Positions 9,135 to 17,718 are shown, numbered from the stretch's first letter. The stretch is DNA of 49,958 nt from a virus (IMGVR_UViG_3300025296_000021:1-49958); one strand, 5' to 3'. Translations and numbers: made by a program. Notes: generated by a model from the letters alone, not told the origin.

Positions 9135-10496
9135 ATGGCTATTACAACTGGTGTAAAAAAATCAAGTGACATAACTGCTGCTACAAAAGATGCTAGCGTA
9201 GGACAACGCCCCGACCTTCGTCGACTATTTAGTTTCGGCGATAGAGTCGCAGAGCTTGCCCCGGAGGAATCTCCGTTTTTTGTCTACTTGAGCAAAGTTG
9301 CAAAAGTCCCTACTGATGACCCTGTTTTCCGATTCCTTGAGAATCGGTCTAAAATCGACTGGACAAGCAGAGAGTTCTTCGTTGACGGTGTCGTTGGTAC
9401 TGTTGCCGCTGGCTCTGACTATTCCTTTACGGTAGAAAGTGCTACTGGTAGCTCAGATTCTGCCGGACGGGTTGGTTGGCTTGTTAAAGGTATGGTATTT
9501 AGTGTAAATACTGTAGACGATAGTTCTGATGGTTGGGCATTGTCCCAATTTCGTGTAATTTCGTCTCCTGTTGCAAATACTGCTGACACTTCGTTCAGCG
9601 CTACGTGCATTAGCACTTCAAACCAATCTGGTTCTACAACAGTCTCAGATGAAGACCGCTGTCAAGTAATTGGTACATCTTTCGCAGAAGGCACAGGTGC
9701 TCCTGATGCTTGGTCTAGCGAGATTGAAGATGACTTTGGCTATACTCAGATTTTTAAGACAGCCGCTGAGATGTCGAATACCGCTGTTGCTACCCGCTAT
9801 CGTGGGTATGCTGACGAGTGGTCTCGTATCTGGGCTCTTAAACTTCGTGAGCATAAGGTAGATATTGAAAGAGCGATGCTGTTCGGTCAACGGGCACGTC
9901 AGAACTCTATTCAGTACACTGAAGGCCTAGTCGGAAATATCATTAAGAATGGTACAGCTCAAATGACGGATGCTACGGCGTTAAGTTACTCTTCTGGAGT
10001 TCCTTATTATCGCTCAGTGGCAAATATGTCATATGACGTCATTCTTGGGGATATGGAAGTCTTGTTTGACCCTGCCCGTGGTGGCAGTGCTGATAAGCTC
10101 GTGCTTGCTTCATTACCTGCAATTACAATCTTTAACAAGCTTGGTAGTGCCGGGTTTGTTGATACGTCAATTGGTAATGAACACAGGTACAACTTCTCAT
10201 CTAGCAAAGGCGCATTCGGTCACAACATTATGAAGATTGAAACCGTTCACGGTAGTCTTCATATGGTGAAAGAGCCTCTGTTTAGAGGTGTTGCTTCAGG
10301 GTGTTTGCTGATTGCCGATATGGGCAAATTAGCTTACAGACCTCTTGTTGGTAATGGTGTTAATCGTGATACGGCTGTTGAGACTAACGTGCAGGCTCCG
10401 GATGAAGACTTGCGTAAGGATATGATTCTTACGGAAGCTGGTCTGGAAATTACACTGCCAGAAGCTCATATGTTGTATAACATGGAGGACGCATAA
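9135..10496 (+). CDS. Major capsid protein (HK97 fold, SU10/DUF5309-like)
   Basis: TQIFKTAAEMS...KLREHKVDIERAMLFG and TEAGLEI motifs; synteny. Confidence 0.85.
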   Translation: MAITTGVKKSSDITAATKDASVGQRPDLRRLFSFGDRVAELAPEESPFFVYLSKVAKVPTDDPVFRFLENRSKIDWTSREFFVDGVVGTVAAGSDYSFTVESATGSSDSAGRVGWLVKGMVFSVNTVDDSSDGWALSQFRVISSPVANTADTSFSATCISTSNQSGSTTVSDEDRCQVIGTSFAEGTGAPDAWSSEIEDDFGYTQIFKTAAEMSNTAVATRYRGYADEWSRIWALKLREHKVDIERAMLFGQRARQNSIQYTEGLVGNIIKNGTAQMTDATALSYSSGVPYYRSVANMSYDVILGDMEVLFDPARGGSADKLVLASLPAITIFNKLGSAGFVDTSIGNEHRYNFSSSKGAFGHNIMKIETVHGSLHMVKEPLFRGVASGCLLIADMGKLAYRPLVGNGVNRDTAVETNVQAPDEDLRKDMILTEAGLEITLPEAHMLYNMEDA

Positions 10497-10497
10497 C

Positions 10498-10992
10498 ATG
10501 AGTTATTTATCACAGATAAATGACAGTTCTGGTTCTCTTGGCGATTTTAGCGCGATTAGAAGGCCAGTAGAGGCTGTTACTAATGCGTCAGCAGTGACTC
10601 GTACGTTGCATGAGGAAGAATCGGGTACGCTTTTTTATCTGGACTTATCAGCAGTTGATAACGATATTGCATTTACTTTACCAGAAGTATCAAATGCTAA
10701 GGGTGTTTTCTATGATTTTACTTATATAGTAAACTCAGATGACGATGCTGACTTTTCGTTAACTACTGGGGATAACAGTGTAGATATATATGGGTACATG
10801 GTTGCTGGTGCTGCTAACAGTACGGTTGACGATGTTGATGGTCTATCTAAGATAACCATAGATGGTTCAGTCTCTCAGGCTACTAAAGGCTTGAGAATGT
10901 CTGTTGTGTCTGATGGAACAAGCTGGCATTTAAGCGGTTACGTTCCAGTAGCAATTGGTACGGTTGTCGTGGTAGAGTCTGCTTCAGCGTAG
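10498..10992 (+). CDS. Putative capsid decoration protein
   Basis: Directly after the MCP. SGTLF...LP...G.FYDF beta-rich pattern. Confidence 0.55.
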   Translation: MSYLSQINDSSGSLGDFSAIRRPVEAVTNASAVTRTLHEEESGTLFYLDLSAVDNDIAFTLPEVSNAKGVFYDFTYIVNSDDDADFSLTTGDNSVDIYGYMVAGAANSTVDDVDGLSKITIDGSVSQATKGLRMSVVSDGTSWHLSGYVPVAIGTVVVVESASA

Positions 10993-11096
10993 TCCTAATG
11001 AATAGGGATTAACAGTTTTGTTCACTGTGGGGCAGGTCGTATAAAGGGCTTGCCCCTAAAGAACAAGGTGGCTAGAGGGTCATACTTCTTTCCACC
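10991..11096 (+). ncRNA. Three-hairpin structured RNA candidate after the capsid genes
   Basis: Hairpins at 10991-11010, 11018-11066 (GGGGCAGGTC/GGCTTGCCCC plus TTGTTC/GAACAA) and 11067-11096 (GGTGG/CCACC). No U-tract. Confidence 0.45.
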
Positions 11097-11193
11097 ACTA
11101 GGTGATAAGTTTATTAGGGATAATATTGGTAATTTTGTTCATGTTATACCATTTGGGAAGTCGTCCTAAGTGGTACGAGACTAGAGGTAAAGA

Positions 11194-11388
11194 ATGAAAA
11201 TTGCAGGCATATGTAGGTCTCACGGTTATTATAAGGGACGGGATTGTCCCAAGTGTAAGGCTGTGCCAAAGAAAGAATCTCCATATTTCTTCATGCGGAG
11301 CGAGATTGGGAATAGAACAGACATTGAGTCAACACCAATAACGCTCGATGAGAGTGTTGATATTATGAGAGGTCAACAATATGTTTAA
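11194..11388 (+). CDS. Small Zn-binding hypothetical protein
   Basis: CRSH...CPKC; GAGG SD. Confidence 0.6.
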   Translation: MKIAGICRSHGYYKGRDCPKCKAVPKKESPYFFMRSEIGNRTDIESTPITLDESVDIMRGQQYV

Positions 11389-11418
11389 AGTTAATCAGTT
11401 AAGCAAGAGGAGGTAGTT

Positions 11419-11538
11419 ATGCCATACGGCCCCGGAACTTACGGTAAGCAGGTTGGAAGGCCTAAAAAGAAGGTAAAGGCACTCAAGAAGAGGAAGCTCA
11501 AGCCAGCGAAAGGCAAGCGCATGCAGAGGAAGAAATAA
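11419..11538 (+). CDS. 39-aa highly basic peptide (MPYGPGTYGKQVGRPKKK...)
   Basis: Strong GAGGAGG SD; TAATG coupling to the next gene. Below the ORF-track cutoff. Confidence 0.75.
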   Translation: MPYGPGTYGKQVGRPKKKVKALKKRKLKPAKGKRMQRKK

Positions 11539-11900
11539 TGGCTAACGAATTAAGAATTGAAGCTCAACTGGAATACAGTAAGAGTGGAGTTAAGGAGAGT
11601 ATGCATACCTCTGCTTTTGTGGATGTGTCAGGAGATTCGTTTAGCAAGGTAATACAAGAAATACCCACAAGCGGTAGGGAACAGATTTCTGTACTAGCGG
11701 ATTTAAGTACTTATGGGTATGTGTTTATAAAAAATATTGACCCAACTAATTATGTTCAAATTGCAGATGAAGATGATACTAACTACTTTTGCAAGTTGAA
11801 AGCTGGTGAGTTTGCTTTGTTTCGTGCCGCTGATAGTGATTATTTTGCAATAGCAGATACAGATGCTGTTGATTTAGAAATTATGGTGATTGAAGATTAA
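11538..11900 (+). CDS. Putative virion structural protein
   Basis: Beta-rich, translationally coupled within the structural operon. Confidence 0.65.
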   Translation: MANELRIEAQLEYSKSGVKESMHTSAFVDVSGDSFSKVIQEIPTSGREQISVLADLSTYGYVFIKNIDPTNYVQIADEDDTNYFCKLKAGEFALFRAADSDYFAIADTDAVDLEIMVIED

Positions 11901-12538
11901 TGGCATCGTTTCAAGTTCAGATTGAAGACATGGTTGGGATTGTAGGAAGTTCGGCAGATACTACAAGTGATACCACTGCTATAACTTCTTGGCTTACAGA
12001 TGGAGCTAAGGAAATTATTAATGCAATGTCACCAAATTTACTTGCATTGTGCGCGACGGAACAAACACTTACGCCAAGGGCAGTAGGAAGCGAAAGTTCT
12101 GCGGCGACTCTTAAGACAGGAAGAGTTTTTAATGTAAGGCGTAACGATGGTACGATTGACCAGCCTTGTAGGCTTGTCTCTTCAAGAGTTAAGGGACGAG
12201 TATCTGACCCGGATGAGATGGATTATGCTACAGCAACAGACCCGGTATACTATATTGAGAGCAATTATCTCAATATTCTTCCATCTTCTTCTAGCGCAGT
12301 AGGAAAATATTCAGAGGTTCAGTACCCTTCGGTAACTTACGATATTGATGCAATATCTACTTTTCCTGACGAAGCTGAATATTTGGTAGTATTATATGCT
12401 GCTATGAAAGCATCAGAAAGAATTGTTAGTGATAATATACGTGTTGATGAGGATATTGAGCTTGCAAACGCAAGGAAAGACCAGTATACTTGGCTTCAGA
12501 ATCAGTACGCAACAGGATTAAAGGCAATATCGGTATGA
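11900..12538 (+). CDS. Putative head-tail adaptor/ring protein
   Basis: WLTDGAKEII N-helix and FPDEAEYLVVLYAA C-helix pattern of connector proteins; synteny. Confidence 0.6.
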   Translation: MASFQVQIEDMVGIVGSSADTTSDTTAITSWLTDGAKEIINAMSPNLLALCATEQTLTPRAVGSESSAATLKTGRVFNVRRNDGTIDQPCRLVSSRVKGRVSDPDEMDYATATDPVYYIESNYLNILPSSSSAVGKYSEVQYPSVTYDIDAISTFPDEAEYLVVLYAAMKASERIVSDNIRVDEDIELANARKDQYTWLQNQYATGLKAISV

Positions 12539-12831
12539 CATTTAAAGAAATTTTATCGCGTGTAAGGCAGGTTCACGGAGAAGCAGGAGAAACCTATTGC
12601 AAGGCTCTTGCTAACGATGCGCTTATGGAGCTTAGAAAGTATAAGGTCTCTCGTAAGCGTTCAAAGATTAGTACAGTTGCAGACCAGCGTTGGTATAATA
12701 TTGGAGATAAGAACTCAGATTTAAAGATTGATAAAATTTATTCGGTATATTACAAGGATGGAGATGGGGATTATCGTAAAATTCCTCGCCTTGTAGATGC
12801 AGCATATTTAGTTAACATGGACGAAAAATAA
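12535..12831 (+). CDS. Adaptor-like protein, N-terminal half
   Basis: ATGA overlap; MTFKEILSRV...NDAL...DQRWY pattern. Confidence 0.55.
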   Translation: MTFKEILSRVRQVHGEAGETYCKALANDALMELRKYKVSRKRSKISTVADQRWYNIGDKNSDLKIDKIYSVYYKDGDGDYRKIPRLVDAAYLVNMDEK

Positions 12832-13208
12832 TGGCTTATACTTATCCAGAAGATTATTTGGCTTGGTACATATCGGGAGATAAGATTGCCCTCGTAACAA
12901 GAAAGAATACTTCTAGTAAGAATGTATATGAATCTATTGATGAGTCTCAGGGTGATGGATTGCTTATAGAATATAGCGCGGAGCCTCGCAAGATTGAGAA
13001 TATTTCAGATGTGCCAGATTGTGACAATACGTTACATACAGCAATTGTTAACTATTTAAAATGGAAATTATTTGAGGACGGAAACGATGAGGGTTCTATT
13101 ATGGGGGCAAGGCGATATGGCGGTCTTTGGAATAGGGCAGTTAAGGAGCATGCCACCAGAGACAAGGTGGGCGGCTCCAGACAGGTCATTCCGTTTTCGT
13201 TCAGGTAA
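12831..13208 (+). CDS. Adaptor-like protein, C-terminal half
   Basis: LLIEY..P...P....HTAIVNY pattern; TAATG coupling. Confidence 0.55.
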   Translation: MAYTYPEDYLAWYISGDKIALVTRKNTSSKNVYESIDESQGDGLLIEYSAEPRKIENISDVPDCDNTLHTAIVNYLKWKLFEDGNDEGSIMGARRYGGLWNRAVKEHATRDKVGGSRQVIPFSFR

Positions 13209-13211
13209 AGA

Positions 13212-13272
13212 TATGCCCATGTCAGTATTCTCGGGCGGAAAGGCATACAACTTAAAAGGAGATTAAATTATG
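13212..13272 (+). promoter_or_regulatory. Conserved leader RNA motif, copy 1
   Basis: Stem TATGC/GCATA enclosing CCATGTCA-N7-CGGGCGGAAAG, then AAGGAGATTAAATTATGG. Confidence 0.7.
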
Positions 13273-13605
13273 GCGTATCCAGAATATTCGGTAGTAGATT
13301 CTCAGAATATAACACTAGGTCAGAAGGGTGCAATTTTTGTAACAGGTACAACGGCAGTCACAAGCTCTAGTGGGATTTTTTGTGCGATTCAATTCATAGA
13401 AGATACAGTTTTTGATTCTGGCACTGCTGGCCTCATAGCGGAGAGTACTCAAAAATGGCCAGACTCTACGGGAACGGGCACTGCGATTGATTCTGATGGT
13501 GGTGCTGCAATAGATGGTGAAACCTTTCCTCAGGGGATGACTATATTTGGCAGATGGACAGGCTTTACACTTGCGTCTGGCGCATGTGTAGCCTATGTTG
13601 GATAA
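13270..13605 (+). CDS. Putative tail/virion structural protein
   Basis: Strong SD; beta-rich GQKGAIF...AIQFIEDTVF...FPQGMTIFGRWT. Confidence 0.7.
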   Translation: MAYPEYSVVDSQNITLGQKGAIFVTGTTAVTSSSGIFCAIQFIEDTVFDSGTAGLIAESTQKWPDSTGTGTAIDSDGGAAIDGETFPQGMTIFGRWTGFTLASGACVAYVG

Positions 13606-13730
13606 TGTTAAAATTAGGATTAAGCTTAGGGACGATGGTTACCCAAACTGCACGTCTTGCGCGTAACTTATGGGCAAGGATTAGTGATGTATGGGAATTA
13701 GAAGAACGTAGCTGGGAAAAGATTGTTTAA
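13605..13730 (+). CDS. 41-aa protein with a W-x6-W-x6-W motif
   Basis: MLKLGLSLGTMVTQTARLARNLWARISDVWELEERSWEKIV; TAATG-coupled. Confidence 0.65.
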   Translation: MLKLGLSLGTMVTQTARLARNLWARISDVWELEERSWEKIV

Positions 13731-13733
13731 ATA

Positions 13734-13806
13734 TCGCAACCATGTCAAAAGTTTCGGGCGGAAAGTTGCGAATCATACAAGGAAACTACAAGGAGATTAA
13801 ATTATG
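13734..13806 (+). promoter_or_regulatory. Conserved leader RNA motif, copy 2
   Basis: Stem TCGCAA/TTGCGA enclosing CCATGTCA-N7-CGGGCGGAAAG, then AAGGAGATTAAATTATGG. Confidence 0.7.
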
Positions 13807-14472
13807 GGTTTAACAGCACCAAGCAGTACATTAACTGGACAGGCTGTTGCAGACAGTTATGACCAGTTACTGTTTCTTGACGCAGCTGCAGGCGTTACAG
13901 AGGCGACGTTAAAGGTTGTTTCGGGAACTGCAGGAAAGACGGCTCTTCAAGTATCCGATGAGCATGTATTAATTAAGGGGGTTGATACTAGTAATGCGGC
14001 AGCATTTGCTGTTCAGCAAACAGGTGGTACTGTTGTATTTTCAGTTAATGCTTCAACTCCGGGCGTTACCATTGGTGCCGATGCTGATGGCACCGATAGA
14101 AGTATTACTTGGGGGCATTCTACCCTTAAGACAATTATGGGCATTGACGATAGTGCTGATGTATTTGCAATTAATACTGATGATGCTTTTGAGTCAGGAA
14201 ATGATTTGGAGATTGATGCAAGTGGAAATGTCATTATTGGTAATGGTACTTTAAAGCCTGCTGGAGATGGCACTCAAGACTTAGGTGCTTCGGGTGCTCA
14301 GTGGCAAAATGTATATACCTCTGATTTGAATTTAAACAATACAAGTAGGGATGGTAATGAGGTTGATGGAACTACTGGTCATTGGGTCATTCAAGAGGGT
14401 GACGAAAACCTGTTTTTACTTAATCGTCAAAATGGGAAACAATACAAATTTAATTTAGAGGAGATAGGATAA
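13804..14472 (+). CDS. Tail fibre protein
   Basis: C-terminal DLGASGAQWQNVYTSDLNL...GHWVIQEGDENLFLLNRQNGKQYKF, a fibre-tip pattern I recall from marine phages. Confidence 0.75.
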   Translation: MGLTAPSSTLTGQAVADSYDQLLFLDAAAGVTEATLKVVSGTAGKTALQVSDEHVLIKGVDTSNAAAFAVQQTGGTVVFSVNASTPGVTIGADADGTDRSITWGHSTLKTIMGIDDSADVFAINTDDAFESGNDLEIDASGNVIIGNGTLKPAGDGTQDLGASGAQWQNVYTSDLNLNNTSRDGNEVDGTTGHWVIQEGDENLFLLNRQNGKQYKFNLEEIG

Positions 14473-15830
14473 TGGCTTTTATACAAAGCGCAAGCACCTT
14501 TGATGATTTATGGGGAACTGGTGTGGTTGGCACTTCAGACGATGTTGACTATGGTAGTGATTCGATAGTATCAGGTAATTTTGGAAATTGGGGAGCAAGT
14601 GCAACTCAGACTCCTACTTCCGGTGTGATTGTTCGAGCTACAGGAACTTTTGAGAATACAGGAGCTATATTGAATGTTGGACTACAAACCGCTAAGGACA
14701 GAAATTCTGCTTTAACTGATACGGTTGGCGCACCCGGTGTTCCCATTGGTGCTATTGTGTCGGCAATTGGTGGTATTTTACCAGTCCCTTGGAATGAAGG
14801 TGGTGATGAAGCAAGTAAATGTGGCGGTACGCTTCAAATTCTTGCAAAGGGTAATGTAACTATCGGTGCGGCAATAAACGCTAATGCATCGGCGGCCGGT
14901 TCCGGCAAGGGTGGCCAGAGTGGTGGTCTCGTAGTTGTTGTTTCTGGTGGAACAATATCAGGAAGTTCCGCAATTAGTGTTGCGGGCGTTGCAGGTCATG
15001 CTACAGCAGGTGCTAAGGGTGGTGGCGGTGGCTATTCGGGCGAACCCGGAGGCCATGCTGGTTTAGGTGGCTCTGGTGGTGGTGCATGCAAGGGTGCCGC
15101 CGTAGGCGCGGCAGGTGCAGGCTATATAGCAGGACAGGCTGGTGGAGAAGCCGACACAGACCAAGGTGGTGGCGGTGGTGGTGCTTTGGGAGCCGCAGGG
15201 TCTAATTCTGGCGGTGTTAATGGCGGAGCTGGTGGCGACAATGATGCTATAAGAATATCCAATCTTCCCCCATCAGCCGATGGGGCAGACGGAGCGGCTG
15301 GCAACCAAGCCGGAGGCGCAGGTGGGACGTATGGAGGCGGCGGCGGTGGTGGCGGTCATCATGACGGTGGCGGTTCTACTGGCGGAGCTGGAGCCGCTGG
15401 TGGCGGTGCAGGCTCAGGTGGTGGCGGAGGCGGAGAAGGTGGCTCTGGAGGTTCTAGAGGAGTCGGAGGTGCTGGCGGAGTTGGAAGTCTTTATGTATTA
15501 TCTTCTTCTTCTCCATATGCTGGCAAATCTGGCGGTCAAGGTGGCGGTGGAGGCGGTGGGTCTACTGCTGGCGGTGGAGGCGCAGGAAACGCAGGTGCCG
15601 GTGTTGCAAGTTCTGGTTTCGGAGATGGAGCAGGAGGAGCCGGAGCGGCAGGTAGTGCACGCAGTGGTGATGCTGGTGGTGCTGGCGGTCAAGGTGGCAA
15701 TGGTGGCGGAGCGGCAGGTCTTGTTTTGCTGATTGGGGATGTTGTGAGCTTCACTGGTCCAGTGACTGGAAATCTTGTTATTATGGAAGGTGCAGATGCA
15801 CATGAATTTATTAGGGGATATTGGACTTAA
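14472..15830 (+). CDS. Glycine-rich putative receptor-binding adhesin
   Basis: Extended GGxGG tracts flanked by GG.LQI.A.G.VTI / GGAAGLVLLIG strands; coupled to the fibre gene. Confidence 0.7.
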   Translation: MAFIQSASTFDDLWGTGVVGTSDDVDYGSDSIVSGNFGNWGASATQTPTSGVIVRATGTFENTGAILNVGLQTAKDRNSALTDTVGAPGVPIGAIVSAIGGILPVPWNEGGDEASKCGGTLQILAKGNVTIGAAINANASAAGSGKGGQSGGLVVVVSGGTISGSSAISVAGVAGHATAGAKGGGGGYSGEPGGHAGLGGSGGGACKGAAVGAAGAGYIAGQAGGEADTDQGGGGGGALGAAGSNSGGVNGGAGGDNDAIRISNLPPSADGADGAAGNQAGGAGGTYGGGGGGGGHHDGGGSTGGAGAAGGGAGSGGGGGGEGGSGGSRGVGGAGGVGSLYVLSSSSPYAGKSGGQGGGGGGGSTAGGGGAGNAGAGVASSGFGDGAGGAGAAGSARSGDAGGAGGQGGNGGGAAGLVLLIGDVVSFTGPVTGNLVIMEGADAHEFIRGYWT

Positions 15831-15831
15831 T

Positions 15832-15890
15832 TAGGGGCTTGGTTTTTAGGCTTACGTTCCACCACCACGCTTGAAGGCCAAGACTCCCTA
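15832..15890 (+). promoter_or_regulatory. ~20-bp G-U-rich hairpin with 17-nt loop
   Basis: TAGGGG-CTTGGTTTTTAGGC pairs with GCTTGAAGGCCAAG-AC-TCCCTA. Confidence 0.6.
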
Positions 15891-15914
15891 CAATTGTGAG
15901 GACTAAGAGTTAAG

Positions 15915-16115
15915 ATGGTATTAACACTTGGCGAGATAGATAAGCGACTTGCAGAGATTCCTAAACAGATAGCAGACATCACTGCTGAACAACATCAGTT
16001 GATGGGATATAAAAAGGCATTGCAAGATGTAGAGGCTGAGGCCACACCTAAGAACGGTGAGGTAATGCCTTCTCCAGATAAGGAGCGAAAAGCCAAAGTT
16101 GCTAAAGGCGTTTAA
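15915..16115 (+). CDS. Small coiled-coil protein (possible fibre chaperone)
   Basis: Heptad pattern; GAGG SD; follows the fibre genes. Confidence 0.55.
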   Translation: MVLTLGEIDKRLAEIPKQIADITAEQHQLMGYKKALQDVEAEATPKNGEVMPSPDKERKAKVAKGV

Positions 16116-16572
16116 ATGGTTGCTTCCGCTTATACTGTTCGGATGTCAATTAGACCCAGAGATAGTATATGTTCCTGAGATATTTGAAATCACAGATACT
16201 CTCTATGTCCAGATACATGACACTTCCTACGTGGAGAATGAAGCGTCCTTCGGATTATCAACCAATGCTACAATATACTTGGTTGGAATTGACTCTCTGG
16301 AAATCGCTTACTGGTACGCTCTCACGAAACTGGATTCGGCTGTGGTTGATTCTGTTTTTCTTACTGGCTACCTCATTGAGTGGAACGATTCAAAGACTTA
16401 CGGAACTCTCATGAATAAGACTCTTCATGTTCCTTGGCCTAACAATGCAAGAGATTGGACTTATCCATGGAGTTATGGACATGGAGAATTTTATGCGGAT
16501 ACGCTGTTGGCTATAAGTGATTGGCCCGAAGACCAGCAAGTATCATATTCAATACAATTAGAGTACAAATGA
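16099..16572 (+). CDS. Putative lipoprotein
   Basis: MLKAFKWLLPLILFG-C lipobox-type signal. Confidence 0.6.
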   Translation: MLKAFKWLLPLILFGCQLDPEIVYVPEIFEITDTLYVQIHDTSYVENEASFGLSTNATIYLVGIDSLEIAYWYALTKLDSAVVDSVFLTGYLIEWNDSKTYGTLMNKTLHVPWPNNARDWTYPWSYGHGEFYADTLLAISDWPEDQQVSYSIQLEYK

Positions 16573-16588
16573 AATTAGGACATGAGTA

Positions 16589-16843
16589 GTGATAGATGTT
16601 TTTGCTGAATATGGAGCCATAGGTGTTATTATTGCACTCTTTGTAGGGCAATTAGTATGGATGCAAAAGACTTTGACAAAAAAAGTAGATGACGTGATGA
16701 ATATATGCGTTAAGCTGATAGATAGATGGAATAGGTCAGATGAGATTACAGCACGACATAGAGAAGATATTGTCAAAGAAATGAATGACGTGTCAGATGG
16801 GATTTCGTTTTTAAAAGGAAGGATTAATGGTAGTGCAAGATGA
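16589..16843 (+). CDS. Holin-like protein (N-terminal TM + coiled coil)
   Basis: EYGAIGVIIALFVGQLVW hydrophobic helix, in the lysis region. Confidence 0.6.
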   Translation: MIDVFAEYGAIGVIIALFVGQLVWMQKTLTKKVDDVMNICVKLIDRWNRSDEITARHREDIVKEMNDVSDGISFLKGRINGSAR

Positions 16844-17013
16844 CAAAAGACCCTGTACTTGCGGGTGCGATTGCAGTTGCGGGTGCGATGATAATGTCAG
16901 CGATAAGACCAGTGTATCCACACATATTTTGGGGAGTGCTCATAACTCTATTAATTTATGGGTGTCAACTCCTACTAAAACAAAGTGGCTTTTCGTGGAA
17001 GAAGAAGAAGTAA
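16840..17013 (+). CDS. 57-aa two-TM holin-like protein with KKKK tail
   Basis: MTKDPVLAGAIAVAGAMIMSAIRPVYPHIFWGVLITLLIYGCQLLLKQSGFSWKKKK; ATGA overlap with the upstream stop. Not in the ORF track. Confidence 0.65.
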   Translation: MTKDPVLAGAIAVAGAMIMSAIRPVYPHIFWGVLITLLIYGCQLLLKQSGFSWKKKK

Positions 17014-17016
17014 AAG

Positions 17017-17244
17017 ATGAACGGACAAGAGCTGACTGATTGGAGAGAAAGCTTAAAAACTGACTTGGCAGAGGTCAAAACTGATGTCAAATGGATTAAG
17101 GGCTATATTAGAGGATTGGATGAGCGTCAATCTGAACTTACGAAGCAGGTATCGTGGCTTAAAGGGATGGGTTCGTTTGTTGGTGTTATTCTTGGGAGCA
17201 TTCTTGCTCTGGTTAGCAGCGTAGTATTTGGAGTAGAGAAATAA
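17017..17244 (+). CDS. Coiled-coil + C-terminal TM protein (XhlA-like holin architecture)
   Basis: Heptads followed by GMGSFVGVILGSILALVSSVVFG. Confidence 0.6.
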   Translation: MNGQELTDWRESLKTDLAEVKTDVKWIKGYIRGLDERQSELTKQVSWLKGMGSFVGVILGSILALVSSVVFGVEK

Positions 17245-17477
17245 TGGATGCTGAATCTGTATTAGGATTAATGGAGCAATATGGTCTCCCCGTTATTCTT
17301 TTGGGGGCGGCAATATATGCACTGTATCGGTTCATAGTATTCAGCCTTTATGAGGTAAAGAATGAATTTGGCAGGAGACACGAAGATAACGCAAAGGCTA
17401 TGTCAGAAGTAAAGGTTGCTTTGGGTGAGATTAAATCCGACCTCAGACTGTTGGTTGGGATAATGACGAAGTCATAA
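17244..17477 (+). CDS. Holin-like protein, apparent paralog of 16589..16843
   Basis: QYGLPVILLGAAIYALY TM and RRHEDNAKAMSEV, resembling RHREDIVKEMNDV. Confidence 0.6.
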   Translation: MDAESVLGLMEQYGLPVILLGAAIYALYRFIVFSLYEVKNEFGRRHEDNAKAMSEVKVALGEIKSDLRLLVGIMTKS

Positions 17478-17713
17478 TGAAGCTACCGCAAGCAAAATGG
17501 GAGAAGGAACTGGCAGATTGGAATCAGAATTTAGGTAATATGTTTGGTGGATTTTTGGGCATGTTCTTGGTGTTTGCTATTTGCATGTTTTTTTATGAAG
17601 GCTGTAGTTGGAGAAGTGTAAATGGGCCAGATAATATTGTTACCCCAGAAGAAGAAGAAACGGCTCCAGACCCAAGTTTTAACGCCTCAGATTGGATACT
17701 ATTTAGGGAGTAG
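17477..17713 (+). CDS. Membrane protein
   Basis: Central TM (MFGGFLGMFLVFAICMFF) followed by GC; coupled. Confidence 0.55.
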   Translation: MKLPQAKWEKELADWNQNLGNMFGGFLGMFLVFAICMFFYEGCSWRSVNGPDNIVTPEEEETAPDPSFNASDWILFRE

Positions 17714-17718
17714 AAGGT

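Noticed and set aside
13212-13771. Hammerhead or HDV-like ribozyme reading of the duplicated RNA motif
   Set aside because: GAAA is present, but the CUGANGA core and the required helices or pseudoknots are not.
15280-15732. 150-aa alternate-frame ORF inside the Gly-rich gene
   Set aside because: Shadow ORF produced by GGN-rich codons lacking stops.
16827-17039. Metallothionein-like ORF (CTCGCDCSCGC)
   Set aside because: The Cys run is the off-frame reading of a short repeat in the overlapping 16840..17013 two-TM gene, which fits the coupling and the cassette better. An SD-like sequence upstream of 16827 means dual coding is not fully excluded.
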